Assembly: GCA_036744835.1 (NCBI GenBank)
Contig: DAIOHD010000001.1
Coordinates: 736,064 to 800,063 of the forward strand
From: Candidatus Magasanikiibacteriota bacterium
GTDB lineage: Bacteria; Patescibacteriota; Patescibacteriia; Magasanikbacterales; GWA2-37-8
Length of the DNA stretch: 64,000 bases
Direction: 5' to 3'
Positions 27,416 through 36,987 of this stretch are shown here, one piece after another (positions within the stretch are counted from its first letter, which is position 1; each line of letters begins with the position of its first letter). The notes beneath the pieces were generated by a model, which searched no databases, was not told the origin of the DNA, and saw only the letters and a list, made by a program, of their open reading frames with translations. The position numbers and the translations under genes are program-made.

Positions 27416-28495
27416 GTGTATTTACTATTATCATTTTTCCCCAAAATCACCTATTCCCGCTTTAAAAAGGCGGTGAATTATTTTATTACTCCGGAAAATA
27501 TTTGGGAATCTGAAGTGTCTGACTTTATGAGTGCAGGTTGGGAAGAAAATGTATCCGCAGAATTTATTGCTTGGAAAGATAATCAAACAAAAGAAAAACT
27601 TCAAGAAATTTTGGACAAAGAAAATGTCCGAATTATAAATATAAATGACGAAGAATATCCGGAGTTACTCAAAAAAATTCCGGACCCACCTTTTACTCTT
27701 TTTGTACGTGGAAAAATACCACCCCTGACACCCAGAAGTTTGAGCGTGGTTGGTACACGCAAACATAGTGTTTATGCTAAAATAGCCACGGAAAAAATTG
27801 TTAGCGATTTGGCAAGACGCGGTTTTGTAATAGTTTCCGGACTGGCTCTCGGGATAGATGCCCTGGCTCACGAATACGCTCTAAAAGCTGGTGGAAAAAC
27901 TGTAGCTTTTTTGGGTAGCAGTGTAGCATCGCGCGAAATTTATCCGGTAAATAATCAAAAATTGGCTAATGAAATAGTAGCTTCTGGCGGAGCGGTAATT
28001 TCCGAATATCCACCTGGGTTTTTACCTACACTCTACTCTTTTCCCATGAGAAATCGCTTGATTGCCGGTTCTACTCCTGGAACACTAGTTATTGAGGCCC
28101 CAATGGGCTCAGGATCGCTAATTACAGCAGAAAATGCTAAAGAATACAGCCGAGTAATAATGTGCATTCCACACCCCATAAATTCAATTTTTGGCACTGG
28201 TGGTAATTTATTATTACAAAATGATGCGAAATTAATACTGAAAGCAGAAGATATTTTGGAAATTCTCAATCTAAATTTGGCTATAAAACAAACCACAGAA
28301 CAAACAGTAATGAATTTCAGCCCTGATGAAGAAAAAATATTGAATATTATGTCAACTGAGCCAAAAAATATTGATTTTATCATCCGCGAGTCCGGTCTTC
28401 CCGGTCCTCAGATTAGTGCTATAATGGTATTTTTGGAAATGAGAGGAATTATCAAAAATGCTGGGAATATGAATTTTTACAAAAATATCGTTTAA
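27416..28495 (+). CDS. dprA: DNA-processing protein DprA (Smf)
   Basis: Rossmann core SLSVVGTRKHSVYA...VIVSGLALGIDALAHEYALKAGGKTVAFLGSSV and C-terminal winged-helix-like region. Confidence 0.85.
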   Translation: MYLLLSFFPKITYSRFKKAVNYFITPENIWESEVSDFMSAGWEENVSAEFIAWKDNQTKEKLQEILDKENVRIININDEEYPELLKKIPDPPFTLFVRGKIPPLTPRSLSVVGTRKHSVYAKIATEKIVSDLARRGFVIVSGLALGIDALAHEYALKAGGKTVAFLGSSVASREIYPVNNQKLANEIVASGGAVISEYPPGFLPTLYSFPMRNRLIAGSTPGTLVIEAPMGSGSLITAENAKEYSRVIMCIPHPINSIFGTGGNLLLQNDAKLILKAEDILEILNLNLAIKQTTEQTVMNFSPDEEKILNIMSTEPKNIDFIIRESGLPGPQISAIMVFLEMRGIIKNAGNMNFYKNIV

Positions 28496-28505
28496 AATTT
28501 GAGAC

Positions 28506-28541
28506 TAAAAAATGACAGAAATTATTCTGTCATTTTTTTAT
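28506..28541. terminator. bidirectional terminator (atgacagaa-atta-ttctgtcat, A5 upstream and T7 downstream) between convergent dprA and the 28592-30487 gene
   Basis: 9-bp perfect stem. Confidence 0.6.
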
Positions 28542-28591
28542 TTATTTTATAAATATCAAAGTGTCGAAAAAGTGATTAAGAAAATCAAAAA

Positions 28592-30487
28592 TCACTTGCG
28601 GAGACGAAACACAAACCCGCTGCAGTCATTCCACCTGACGTCGGACTCAGCATAGTCGCGGTTGAGCCACAGACCGCCATCAATACTGCTCAGGTAGAAC
28701 ACGTTCGGGTAGTCATCACGGTCGGAAATTTGTTTCATTCCAATAAAAATTGTTCTTTGAGTTGGGTTTTGCAACCTAAATTGAGGTCCGGTTTCGGGAG
28801 GACAGAGTTCCAAACCAAGTTCTTTGACTTTGGCAAATATTTCATTAGTGGTTCTATTTTCTGTTTTAAGATCTCTTACTTTTAAATGAATCAGGGTTTC
28901 ATTTTCTGCGGTTTTGGAAGTGATAAAATCCGGGGAATTTAGCATGTCTTGTGCATAATCACAAGGGGTAATATTTTGTTTTCTCATTTCTTTTATTAGT
29001 TCGTCTTTGGTTTTTCCGCCGACTTCAATGTTATATCTTCTGATTTTACCTTCGGGAAATTCGGTGTAAATATGTTCGGTTTGAAGAGTTTGAAAAATAT
29101 TGGGAAATAATTCACCAACATAGGCTTTAGTGTTTTCATTTGCTTCATCTTGATTGTGAGCGATTTGATTTGGATCGCAATCAAAAATTATTGACATGTC
29201 TTTTTCTTGGTTTCTACCATCTCTGATTTCTTTTACTCTTGGATCATCTTTATATCCAAAACCATGAATAGGTTGATCTATTTCGTAAAGGAAAGTTAAT
29301 TCGTCTTTATTTAGTTCTTCGTTATTTTGAGTTTTTTTATCTATTTGGGTTAAGAATTTCATGTCCGCAGATTTTTTTACATATTTTTCCGCTCCGGGAA
29401 ATTCACTCATTTTCTTTTGCGCAATGTCAACCATATTACCTTCAAGATTTTGATCATTATCAGCCACTCCTCTAACTTCACCAATATCCTTTCCTTGCAT
29501 CCTGATAGCTATGCGCGGAATGGTCGGTTTACCTTGTTTATCCAAAGTGTAATAAACATAAAAATCACCGCCTTTGAGCTGGGTTTGCGCAGTGCCAAAA
29601 CCTTTGGTACACCAAGCTGTGCCTTTGTTTTGTAGAGATGACCAAAGCGCAGTTGGGTCTGTGTCTTTTTGATATTTTTTCCATTCACCTCTTGTTTCTT
29701 GTCGCATTTCCGGAGTAATCTCTCCGGATTGTTTTATCCCTTCAGCATATTGTTTGGCAAAAGAAAGTTTGGCAAAATTGGCAACTTTTTCTTTAGTAAT
29801 CAGTTGGTCTTCAGGGATATTTTGGAGTGCATTTGCTTTTTGTATTTTTCTAAGCTTTTCAAACATTTCCGGATCTTTTTCCGCCTCAATCATCTGCTCT
29901 ACATAAGCCAAAGCCCCTCTGTCAATATCTGGAAAAAGACGCACTGTACCCGGAGATCGTTTGGTAAATTCTCCTTTATCTTTGTCATAATCTCCCAAAT
30001 CAAGAACATTGCGAAAAGCGTAATATCTAAACCAAGTAGGATATGGTTCATTGGCATCTGAAAGATATGAAATCCAGCCATCCAAACTTTTTTCTACATC
30101 TGTAACGGCAATCTCTCCGCGCTCTGCAAGTTCCTCTTGCCCGTATTGAGCATCAATACCCAAAGTTCTAGCTGCGCGCTCTTCAACTCTGGCCGCATTT
30201 TCAGCCATTTTTTCTTTATTGGGACGAACATATTTTTCCATCACCATTTCTCGAAGTAATGACATGGCTCTGGGGCGGGATTCTCCGTCAACTGTTTTTT
30301 TCTTCTGTTTTTTCTCAGGATCAAGAACTAGGCTTTCCAAACGGTCAAGATAATTTTGAATTGTAGATTCCGGGTCGCCTTTTACTTTTTCGCCAGTTTT
30401 GCTTTCGGTGCGTTTTTTGGCATTCAAAACTTCTTCACTAGTGTGAAGATTGTATTTGTTTTTGAGGAAGTTTGGATTTTCGGACAT
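28592..30487 (-). CDS. large hypothetical protein (~630 aa from MSENPNFLK), compositionally atypical (GC-rich), no recognisable domain
   Basis: Long clean ORF with distinctly higher GC and different codon flavour than neighbours. Start placed at internal M (ORF track 30571). Confidence 0.55.
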   Translation of the reverse strand: MSENPNFLKNKYNLHTSEEVLNAKKRTESKTGEKVKGDPESTIQNYLDRLESLVLDPEKKQKKKTVDGESRPRAMSLLREMVMEKYVRPNKEKMAENAARVEERAARTLGIDAQYGQEELAERGEIAVTDVEKSLDGWISYLSDANEPYPTWFRYYAFRNVLDLGDYDKDKGEFTKRSPGTVRLFPDIDRGALAYVEQMIEAEKDPEMFEKLRKIQKANALQNIPEDQLITKEKVANFAKLSFAKQYAEGIKQSGEITPEMRQETRGEWKKYQKDTDPTALWSSLQNKGTAWCTKGFGTAQTQLKGGDFYVYYTLDKQGKPTIPRIAIRMQGKDIGEVRGVADNDQNLEGNMVDIAQKKMSEFPGAEKYVKKSADMKFLTQIDKKTQNNEELNKDELTFLYEIDQPIHGFGYKDDPRVKEIRDGRNQEKDMSIIFDCDPNQIAHNQDEANENTKAYVGELFPNIFQTLQTEHIYTEFPEGKIRRYNIEVGGKTKDELIKEMRKQNITPCDYAQDMLNSPDFITSKTAENETLIHLKVRDLKTENRTTNEIFAKVKELGLELCPPETGPQFRLQNPTQRTIFIGMKQISDRDDYPNVFYLSSIDGGLWLNRDYAESDVRWNDCSGFVFRLRK

Positions 30488-30538
30488 AGAAAACACTAAT
30501 TTAAAAACACGAATTAACGCAAATAAAAAGTAGAGAAT

Positions 30539-30618
30539 GTCATTCCCGCATAAACAAAAATCCAGTGGCAATTACTAACTTTAACTTTCCTGGATCCCCG
30601 CCTTCGCGGGGATGACAC
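30539..30618. repeat. GTCATT-family element copy 3 (gtcattcccgc ... gcggggatgacac terminal inverted repeat)
   Basis: 11-bp IR; internal ccagtggcaatt resembles cagtgggatt of copies 1 and 2. Confidence 0.45.
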
Positions 30619-30708
30619 GCTGTAAAAAGCAAGTTCTTTTTTACTTATTCCATAATAGCTAATATTTTAACTTTTGTCCAATAAAATAATCAATAAATAC
30701 CTTATAAA

Positions 30709-30737
30709 TTGACTATTTTATACATATATAGTAGAAT
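30709..30737 (+). promoter_or_regulatory. sigma70-type promoter for topA: TTGACT-17 bp-TAGAAT
   Basis: -35 at 30709-30714, -10 at 30732-30737, ATG at 30755. Confidence 0.45.
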
Positions 30738-30754
30738 AGGGTCTAAAATACATT

Positions 30755-32959
30755 ATGAAAACACTTGTAATCGTAGAATCTCCTACAAAAGCCAAGACAA
30801 TTTCTCGTTTTTTGGGCTCTAATTACACAATTAAGTCCTCTTTTGGTCATATAAGAGATTTGCCAAAAAGCAAAATCGGGATTGATATTGAACATGATTT
30901 TAAACCTCAGTATGTAGTTTCCAAAGACAAAACCAAAATTGTCAAAGAATTGCAAGCCGCAGCTAAAAAAGCGGACGAAGTAATACTCGCAAGCGATGAG
31001 GACCGTGAAGGAGAGGCTATTTCTTGGCATTTGGCAGAAATTTTGGATTTGAAAAACAAAGAAATCAAACGTATTACTTTCCACGAAATTACCAAACATG
31101 CGATTGAAGAAGCCATAAAACACCCTCGTAAATTGGATATGAATTTGGTTGATGCCCAACAAGCTCGTCGTGTGCTTGATAGATTAGTAGGTTATGAATT
31201 ATCCCCATTTCTGTGGCGTAAAGTAGCCAAAGGATTGTCCGCCGGCCGTGTTCAATCTGTAGCTGTGCGTTTGGTTGTTGAACGTGAACGCGAAATCAAA
31301 GCTTTTAATATTGAAGAATATTGGAGTTTGAGCGGTTTATTTGCCAAAGACAAAAGTGAATCATTTGAAGCTAAGCTTCATTCTATTGCGGACAAAAAAT
31401 TGGATAAGATGGATCTCAAAGATACTTCCGCTGTAGAAAAAATAGTGAAAGATTTGGAAAAACAAAAATATACCATACAAAATTTAGAGAAAAAACAAAC
31501 AAAACGCAATCCTCTACCTCCCTTTACAACTTCTACTTTACAACAAGAAGCCAACAATACTCTAGGCTTTTCTGCCAAACAAACAATGATGTTGGCACAA
31601 AAATTATATGAAGGTGTAGAAATGGGCACACAAGGACACGTCGGTCTCATCACTTATATGAGAACCGATGCGGTAAATTTATCAGAAAAATTTTTAAAAG
31701 AAGCCAAAGAAGTGGTTGAAAAAGAGTTTGGTAAAAAATATTCTTTGTCTGAACCAAGATTTTATAAAAATAAAAATAAAAATGCTCAAGAAGCTCATGA
31801 GGCTATCCGTCCGACCGATGCTTTTCTTACTCCAAAATCAGTAGAACCTTATTTGGATAGAAATCAATATCGACTTTATGATTTGATTTGGCGTCGAGCC
31901 GTGGCCACTCAAATGGCTGAAGCAGAGATGAACTCTGTAAGTTTGGATATCGTATCTGATAATAATTATTTATTTCGTGCCACAGGACAAACTATTCTTT
32001 TTGAAGGTTTCTTGAAACTTTTTCCAGAAAAATCCAAAGAAAATGCTTTGCCTGAATTAAAAATAAAAGACATTGTAAACTGTTTGGAATTAAAACCAGA
32101 ACAACATTTCACTGAACCTCCAGCCAGATATTCTGACGCCACTCTCGTCAAAGCTATGGAAGAGTTTGGTATTGGTCGTCCTAGTACTTATGCTCCGACC
32201 ATCGCCACAATTGAAAGTCGTGGTTATGTGGATCGTGATGAAAAAAAACGTCTTGCTCCAACTGATATCGCCTTTTTGGTTAACGATGTTTTAGTAGAAC
32301 ATTTTGCTCAAATTGTAGATTATAAATTTACCGCGGAAATGGAAAGTACGCTTGACGATATCGCTGAAGGTACAAAAAAATGGGCTCCGGTAATTTCTGC
32401 TTTTTATACTCCTTTCAAAGAAAATCTGGTTATCAAAGATAAAGAATTGGTTAAAAAAGATATTGTAGAAGAAGAAACAAATGAAGTTTGTGAAAAATGC
32501 GGTAAACCAATGGTAATAAAAACTTCTCGTTATGGAAAATTTTTGGCTTGTACCGGATATCCAGAATGTAAAAACACCAAAAATATCGGTCGCGACGGTC
32601 AAGTCGAAGAAAAACCAACCAACGAACCAACGGGGGAAAAATGTGAAAAATGCGGAGGAGATATGGTCAAGAAAGTCGGACGTTTCGGACCATTTTTAGC
32701 TTGTGACAATTATCCTAAATGTAAGAATATAAAAAATATTGAGGTTAAAATAGATATGAAGTGTCCTAAATGTGAGAATGGTGATATCGTCCAAAAGCGC
32801 AGTAAACGAGGAAAAATATTTTTTGGCTGTAGTAAATATCCAGATTGTGATTTTGCACTTTGGGAAAAACCAACCGGAAAATTTTGCGAAAAATGTAAAG
32901 CCCCGATGATAATTGATAGAAAGGGGTTAGAAAAATGTAGTAATAAAGAATGCAACTAA
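30755..32959 (+). CDS. topA: DNA topoisomerase I with C-terminal tandem zinc ribbons
   Basis: Toprim MKTLVIVESPTKAK, active-site region, multiple C4 ribbons (CEKCGKPMV..CTGYPEC etc.). Confidence 0.95.
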   Translation: MKTLVIVESPTKAKTISRFLGSNYTIKSSFGHIRDLPKSKIGIDIEHDFKPQYVVSKDKTKIVKELQAAAKKADEVILASDEDREGEAISWHLAEILDLKNKEIKRITFHEITKHAIEEAIKHPRKLDMNLVDAQQARRVLDRLVGYELSPFLWRKVAKGLSAGRVQSVAVRLVVEREREIKAFNIEEYWSLSGLFAKDKSESFEAKLHSIADKKLDKMDLKDTSAVEKIVKDLEKQKYTIQNLEKKQTKRNPLPPFTTSTLQQEANNTLGFSAKQTMMLAQKLYEGVEMGTQGHVGLITYMRTDAVNLSEKFLKEAKEVVEKEFGKKYSLSEPRFYKNKNKNAQEAHEAIRPTDAFLTPKSVEPYLDRNQYRLYDLIWRRAVATQMAEAEMNSVSLDIVSDNNYLFRATGQTILFEGFLKLFPEKSKENALPELKIKDIVNCLELKPEQHFTEPPARYSDATLVKAMEEFGIGRPSTYAPTIATIESRGYVDRDEKKRLAPTDIAFLVNDVLVEHFAQIVDYKFTAEMESTLDDIAEGTKKWAPVISAFYTPFKENLVIKDKELVKKDIVEEETNEVCEKCGKPMVIKTSRYGKFLACTGYPECKNTKNIGRDGQVEEKPTNEPTGEKCEKCGGDMVKKVGRFGPFLACDNYPKCKNIKNIEVKIDMKCPKCENGDIVQKRSKRGKIFFGCSKYPDCDFALWEKPTGKFCEKCKAPMIIDRKGLEKCSNKECN

Positions 32960-32962
32960 ACT

Positions 32963-32987
32963 AAAACCTCCCCATGGGAGGTTTTTA
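32963..32987 (+). terminator. rho-independent terminator of topA (aaacctccc-cat-gggaggttt + T-run)
   Basis: 9-bp stem read directly; a second similar hairpin (gaaacacctcccc..ggggaagtgtttc) follows at ~32992-33022. Confidence 0.6.
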
Positions 32988-33275
32988 AATAGCGAAACAC
33001 CTCCCCATGGGGGAAGTGTTTCTAAAGTGCGAAACGCCTAGACGCCTTAATGCCTTTGGTAATGCCAAGGTTCTGGCGCAACGCAAAATTATAATAACAA
33101 AAATCAATAAAAAAAGCAATGTTTTAAAAATAATCTATATATTCGTGTTGATTCGTATAAAAAATTATTATTATTTAAAAGCAAAATCCCGTGTCCAACT
33201 AGTGTACACGGGATTTGCTGGCGCTAAAGGCGCTTTTTGACATTACCAATATTAATATAGCATAAATTTACCATC

Positions 33276-33304
33276 TTGTCAAGAGTTGAATTTGAGGATA
33301 TGAT
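33276..33304 (+). promoter_or_regulatory. sigma70-type promoter for rel: TTGTCA-17 bp-TATGAT
   Basis: -35 at 33276-33281, -10 at 33299-33304, ATG at 33322. Confidence 0.4.
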
Positions 33305-33321
33305 ATATAGTAGATAAAAAT

Positions 33322-34827
33322 ATGCATAGAGGCTGGTTTTTCGAAATTCCAAAAGATTTAGATTCTAATACTTTATTTAAAGTATTAAAAACTTATTGCT
33401 CTGCCAATGATGTGGAAAGGGCTATTTTTGCTTATACTTATGCAGCCGATGCTCATAAAGATAAAAAACGATATTCCGGAGAATCTTATATCACCCATCC
33501 GTTAACTGCCGCCTATTTTTTGGCCAAAATGCACATCGACGTTAATATTGTTATCGCCGCTTTGCTTCACGATGTACCAGAAGATGCCGGGGTACCGATA
33601 GAAGAAATAGAAAAAATCTTCGGCGAAGATATCGCTAACATGGTAAAAGGTATCACCAAGTTAGGAAAACTAAAATATCGCGGTCTTGAAAGATATATAG
33701 AAAACCTGCGTAAAATGTTCTTGGCAATGGCTGAAGATATGCGCGTGATGATCATCAAATTTGCCGACAGGATACACAATCTCAAAACCTTGGAATTTCA
33801 TACTCCAGCCAAACAATATCGTATCGCTAAAGAAAGCTTAGAAATTTATGCACCTATCGCCAATCGTCTCGGGATGGGCGAATTCAAAGGAGCGCTCGAA
33901 GACCTATCTTTTCCCTATGTTTATCCGGAAGATTATGAAAAAGTAAAAACTATTCGTAATAATTTTATTGAAGAATCTGAAGAATATTTGGAAAAAATGA
34001 TGGAAGTCACAAAAAAAGAATTACAAAAAAATGACATTGAGGTTACGGATATTCATGGTCGAAAAAAACAATTGTACAGTTTATATCAAAAATGTTTAGC
34101 TAAAAATTGGATGATTGATAAAATTTATGATATCGTTGCTCTGCGAGTTTTAGTAAAAGATCTAGGAGATTGTTACGCTGCTTTGGGTATTATACATAAA
34201 CTTTGGAGACCACTTAAAGGAAGAATAAAAGATTATATAGCACAACCAAAACCCAATGGCTATCAATCATTACACACAACTGTTTTTTGCGATGATGGTA
34301 AAATAGTAGAATTTCAAATTCGCACTCCAGAAATGCACGATGAAGCCGAGTATGGTATCGCTGCTCATTGGCACTATGATGAAAAAGGTAAATCAAAAAT
34401 ACCCAATCGCGACATACCTTGGGCCAAAGAATTAGCCAAAATTCAGAAAGAGCTTTTAAACAACATGTCTGATCTGGAAAATTTAAAATTGGATTTTTTT
34501 CAAAATAGAATTTTCATTTTTACCCCGGTCGGTGATGTTATTGATTTACCAGAAAATGCAACACCCGTAGATTTTGCCTATCAAATTCATACCGAAGTTG
34601 GTAATAAGTGTACTGGAGCCAAAGTAAACGACCAGATGGTTAGTTTAGATACAGCGCTTAAAAACGGAGACGTGGTGGAAATAATTATTGATAGAACTCG
34701 TAAAACCCCTAATGCCGATTGGTTGGAATTTGTAAAAACAAATAGCGCCAAAGCAAAAATCAAAGAAGCCATCAATAATAATAAAAGTGGGTGGTTGAAA
34801 ATGCTCATCCCGCCATTAAAAAAATAA
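33322..34827 (+). CDS. rel: (p)ppGpp synthetase/hydrolase Rel/SpoT family, short form (HD + synthetase + TGS; no long C-terminal ACT region)
   Basis: HD motif HPLTAAYFLAKMHIDVNIVIAALLHDVPED; synthetase RVLVKD..YIAQPKPNGYQSLHTTV; TGS FTPVGDVIDLPENATPVDFAY; only 501 aa. Confidence 0.85.
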   Translation: MHRGWFFEIPKDLDSNTLFKVLKTYCSANDVERAIFAYTYAADAHKDKKRYSGESYITHPLTAAYFLAKMHIDVNIVIAALLHDVPEDAGVPIEEIEKIFGEDIANMVKGITKLGKLKYRGLERYIENLRKMFLAMAEDMRVMIIKFADRIHNLKTLEFHTPAKQYRIAKESLEIYAPIANRLGMGEFKGALEDLSFPYVYPEDYEKVKTIRNNFIEESEEYLEKMMEVTKKELQKNDIEVTDIHGRKKQLYSLYQKCLAKNWMIDKIYDIVALRVLVKDLGDCYAALGIIHKLWRPLKGRIKDYIAQPKPNGYQSLHTTVFCDDGKIVEFQIRTPEMHDEAEYGIAAHWHYDEKGKSKIPNRDIPWAKELAKIQKELLNNMSDLENLKLDFFQNRIFIFTPVGDVIDLPENATPVDFAYQIHTEVGNKCTGAKVNDQMVSLDTALKNGDVVEIIIDRTRKTPNADWLEFVKTNSAKAKIKEAINNNKSGWLKMLIPPLKK

Positions 34828-34857
34828 TCCCGGTTAAATCGGGATTATTTTTTTATT
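34824..34857 (+). terminator. rho-independent terminator of rel (aatcccg-gttaaat-cgggatt + T-run)
   Basis: 7-bp stem followed by TTTTTTTATT. Confidence 0.6.
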
Positions 34858-34891
34858 AAAAAGATTGCAAAAATTACAAAGATTTAAAAGA

Positions 34892-35809
34892 TTATTCCAA
34901 TCCAGTGATTTTGCGAATAAGTTGAACAAGTTCTTCTTTGGAATAATATGAGATATTGATACTTCCGGACTCCCCGCGAGCGGAAATGGAAACTTTGGTG
35001 CCAAGTGCTTCTCTTAATTTTTCTTCTAAAAACAAAAGATTGGCATCTCGTTTGATAGGAATTTTCTTAATTCTTATTTTTTGAGCCTCACGTTCCAATT
35101 CACGAACGGTTATTTTTTGTCCAAGCATCGATGAAAGCATTTCTAAGCGCTCTTTATCAGATGGTAGTGCTAACAAAGCTCTCGCTTGTCCAGTGTTTAT
35201 TTTACTATCTATCAATGCTTCTTTTACTTTTTCCGGCAAATCCAATAAACGAACGATATTTGCCACAAAAGATCGGCTCTTGCCAACTCTAACGGCTACT
35301 TCTTCTTGGGTTAAATTAAATTCTTCCATTAGTCTTTTGTAAGCAAAGCCTTCTTCAATCGGATTTAAATCAGCACGCTGTACATTTTCTATTAAAGATA
35401 CTTCTAACTTTTCTTGATCTTTAAATTCTTTTACCAAAGCTGGTACAGTAGCCAAACCAGCCAATTTACTGGCTCGCCAACGACGCTCTCCGGCAATAAT
35501 CTCATAATTACCATCTGATTTTTCTGATAAAACAAGAGGTTGTAAAACACCGTGTTTTTTAATACTTTCAGAAAGCTCGTCTAAAAGTTCCGGTTTAAAA
35601 TTTTTACGCGGTTGTTTTGGATTGCTAAAAATTTTACTTACTGGTATAAACCATAGATTATTTTCTAAATTTTTTTCTTCTTTTTTAACAATCGATTTTT
35701 CTGAAACAACCAAATTGCCCGCTTTTGAGACAACAGGTGTCACAATCGGTTCTTTTTTAATATTATTGTTAGACGAAATTAATGCGCCTAAACCTCGGCC
35801 TAGAGACAT
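34892..35809 (-). CDS. parB: chromosome partitioning protein ParB (Spo0J)
   Basis: ParB box PKQPRKNFKPELLDELSESIKKHGVLQPLVL, GERRWRA, HTH region. Confidence 0.9.
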   Translation of the reverse strand: MSLGRGLGALISSNNNIKKEPIVTPVVSKAGNLVVSEKSIVKKEEKNLENNLWFIPVSKIFSNPKQPRKNFKPELLDELSESIKKHGVLQPLVLSEKSDGNYEIIAGERRWRASKLAGLATVPALVKEFKDQEKLEVSLIENVQRADLNPIEEGFAYKRLMEEFNLTQEEVAVRVGKSRSFVANIVRLLDLPEKVKEALIDSKINTGQARALLALPSDKERLEMLSSMLGQKITVRELEREAQKIRIKKIPIKRDANLLFLEEKLREALGTKVSISARGESGSINISYYSKEELVQLIRKITGLE

Positions 35810-35852
35810 AAGGTTAAGTTACAAGTTGCAAGTAAAAAGTTGCAAGTAAAAA

Positions 35853-36638
35853 TTAAATAGTATTAGAATTATTATTTTCAAACCTCTCCACAAACTCTTT
35901 TGCTAAACGTTCGTATGCTTTTGCACCCTTACCACTGGGTTCATAATGAAAAATACTTTTACCGTATGATGGAGCTTCGGCTAAACGAACAGTTCGTGGA
36001 ATAACTGAACGGAAAATATTGTTAGGAAAATATTTATACAATTCATGCAAAACTTCCTCAGACAAACGATTGCGACTATCAAACATAGTCAAAACCGCTC
36101 CTAAAACACTCAATTCAGCTTTGACATTTTCTTTTACCAAAGCTATAGTTTTGAGCAATTGACCCAAACCCTCCAAAGCATAGTACTCGGCTTGCACAGG
36201 GATAAGAATATGATCAGCGGCAACTAAGCCATTGAGAGTTAAAATACCAAGTGACGGCGGACAATCAATGATAATATAATCATAAGCGTGTTTGGCCTGT
36301 GCTAAAAGATCGTCAAGCTTAAATTCACGTCTATCCAAATTTACCAATTCTACATTAGCTCCAGCTAAATCTTGCGTGGCCGGTAAGATTCGCAAACCAA
36401 CATGTTTAGAATCAACTATCACATCGTGAACTGGATGGTCGTTTACCAAAGCATGATATAAACCTTTTTCAAGCTCATTATGATTGATACCTAAACCAGA
36501 AGTTGCATTAGCTTGCGGGTCTAAATCTACAAGCAAAACAAACTTGCCCAAATCAGCAAGCCCAGCAGCTAAATTCACTGCTGTGGTGGTTTTACCCACA
36601 CCACCTTTTTGATTAACTACGGAAATTACTTTTGACAT
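35853..36638 (-). CDS. parA: chromosome partitioning ATPase ParA (Soj)
   Basis: Deviant Walker A NQKGGVGKTTTAVNLAAGLA. Start at MSKVISV (track ORF from 36650). Confidence 0.9.
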   Translation of the reverse strand: MSKVISVVNQKGGVGKTTTAVNLAAGLADLGKFVLLVDLDPQANATSGLGINHNELEKGLYHALVNDHPVHDVIVDSKHVGLRILPATQDLAGANVELVNLDRREFKLDDLLAQAKHAYDYIIIDCPPSLGILTLNGLVAADHILIPVQAEYYALEGLGQLLKTIALVKENVKAELSVLGAVLTMFDSRNRLSEEVLHELYKYFPNNIFRSVIPRTVRLAEAPSYGKSIFHYEPSGKGAKAYERLAKEFVERFENNNSNTI

Positions 36639-36733
36639 AAAAATACCCAAAAATTGACCGAATTACGGTTAATGTTATTTTATCATAAGCTTGACAAAAA
36701 ATCAAAATTTGGTACAATTGTACACATAAAAAT

Positions 36734-36815
36734 GCCCTGGTGGCGGAATTGGTAGACGCGCACGACTCAAAATCGTGTACCGCAAGGTGTGAGAGTTCGA
36801 TTCTCTCCTAGGGCA
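36734..36815 (+). tRNA. tRNA-Leu, anticodon CAA as read (class II, long variable arm)
   Basis: gccctggtggcggaattggtagacgcgcacgactCAAaatcgtgtaccgcaaggtgtgagagttcgattctctcctagggca; cloverleaf with variable stem taccgcaaggtg. Confidence 0.75.
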
Positions 36816-36817
36816 CT

Positions 36818-36856
36818 AAAACAAAATACAGACTTTATGTCTGTATTTTGTTTTAT
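36818..36856 (+). terminator. strong terminator after tRNA-Leu (aaacaaaatacagac-tttatg-gtctgtattttgttt + T)
   Basis: 15-bp perfect stem. Confidence 0.65.
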
Positions 36857-36861
36857 AGGGT

Positions 36862-36985
36862 TCCCCGGGAGAGAATCGAACTAGGAAAGGGAGAAAACGT
36901 GAGTTTTCTCTTGCTGAGGAAAGGTATTGGAAAACCCGAAGGTTTTCCAAGGAGGAAGCCGAAGGCTGACGACGTGAGTCTTCTC
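36862..36985 (-). ncRNA. candidate structured RNA (~125 nt): closing helix ggagagaa/ttctctcc, three internal hairpins, minus-strand cUUCGg tetraloop. 3' end carries an inverted 15-nt copy of the tRNA-Leu T-arm/acceptor (agttcgattctctcc)
   Basis: Hairpins ttggaaaacc-ttcg-ggttttccaa, gagaaaac-tcac-gttttctc and agcc..ggct on the minus strand. GC-rich island in AT-rich spacer. Overlapped only by an implausible ORF (36848-37156). Confidence 0.4.
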
Positions 36986-36987
36986 TC

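Noticed and set aside
33007-33240. 77-aa ORF in the topA-rel spacer
   Set aside because: Covers terminator hairpins and a promoter region; no coding character.
36862-36985. Second tRNA gene or tmRNA downstream of tRNA-Leu
   Set aside because: Acceptor-like closing helix and T-loop-like 3' end exist, but 125 nt with three internal hairpins is incompatible with a tRNA. It is far too short for tmRNA and has no tag-peptide reading frame. Retained only as a structured RNA candidate.
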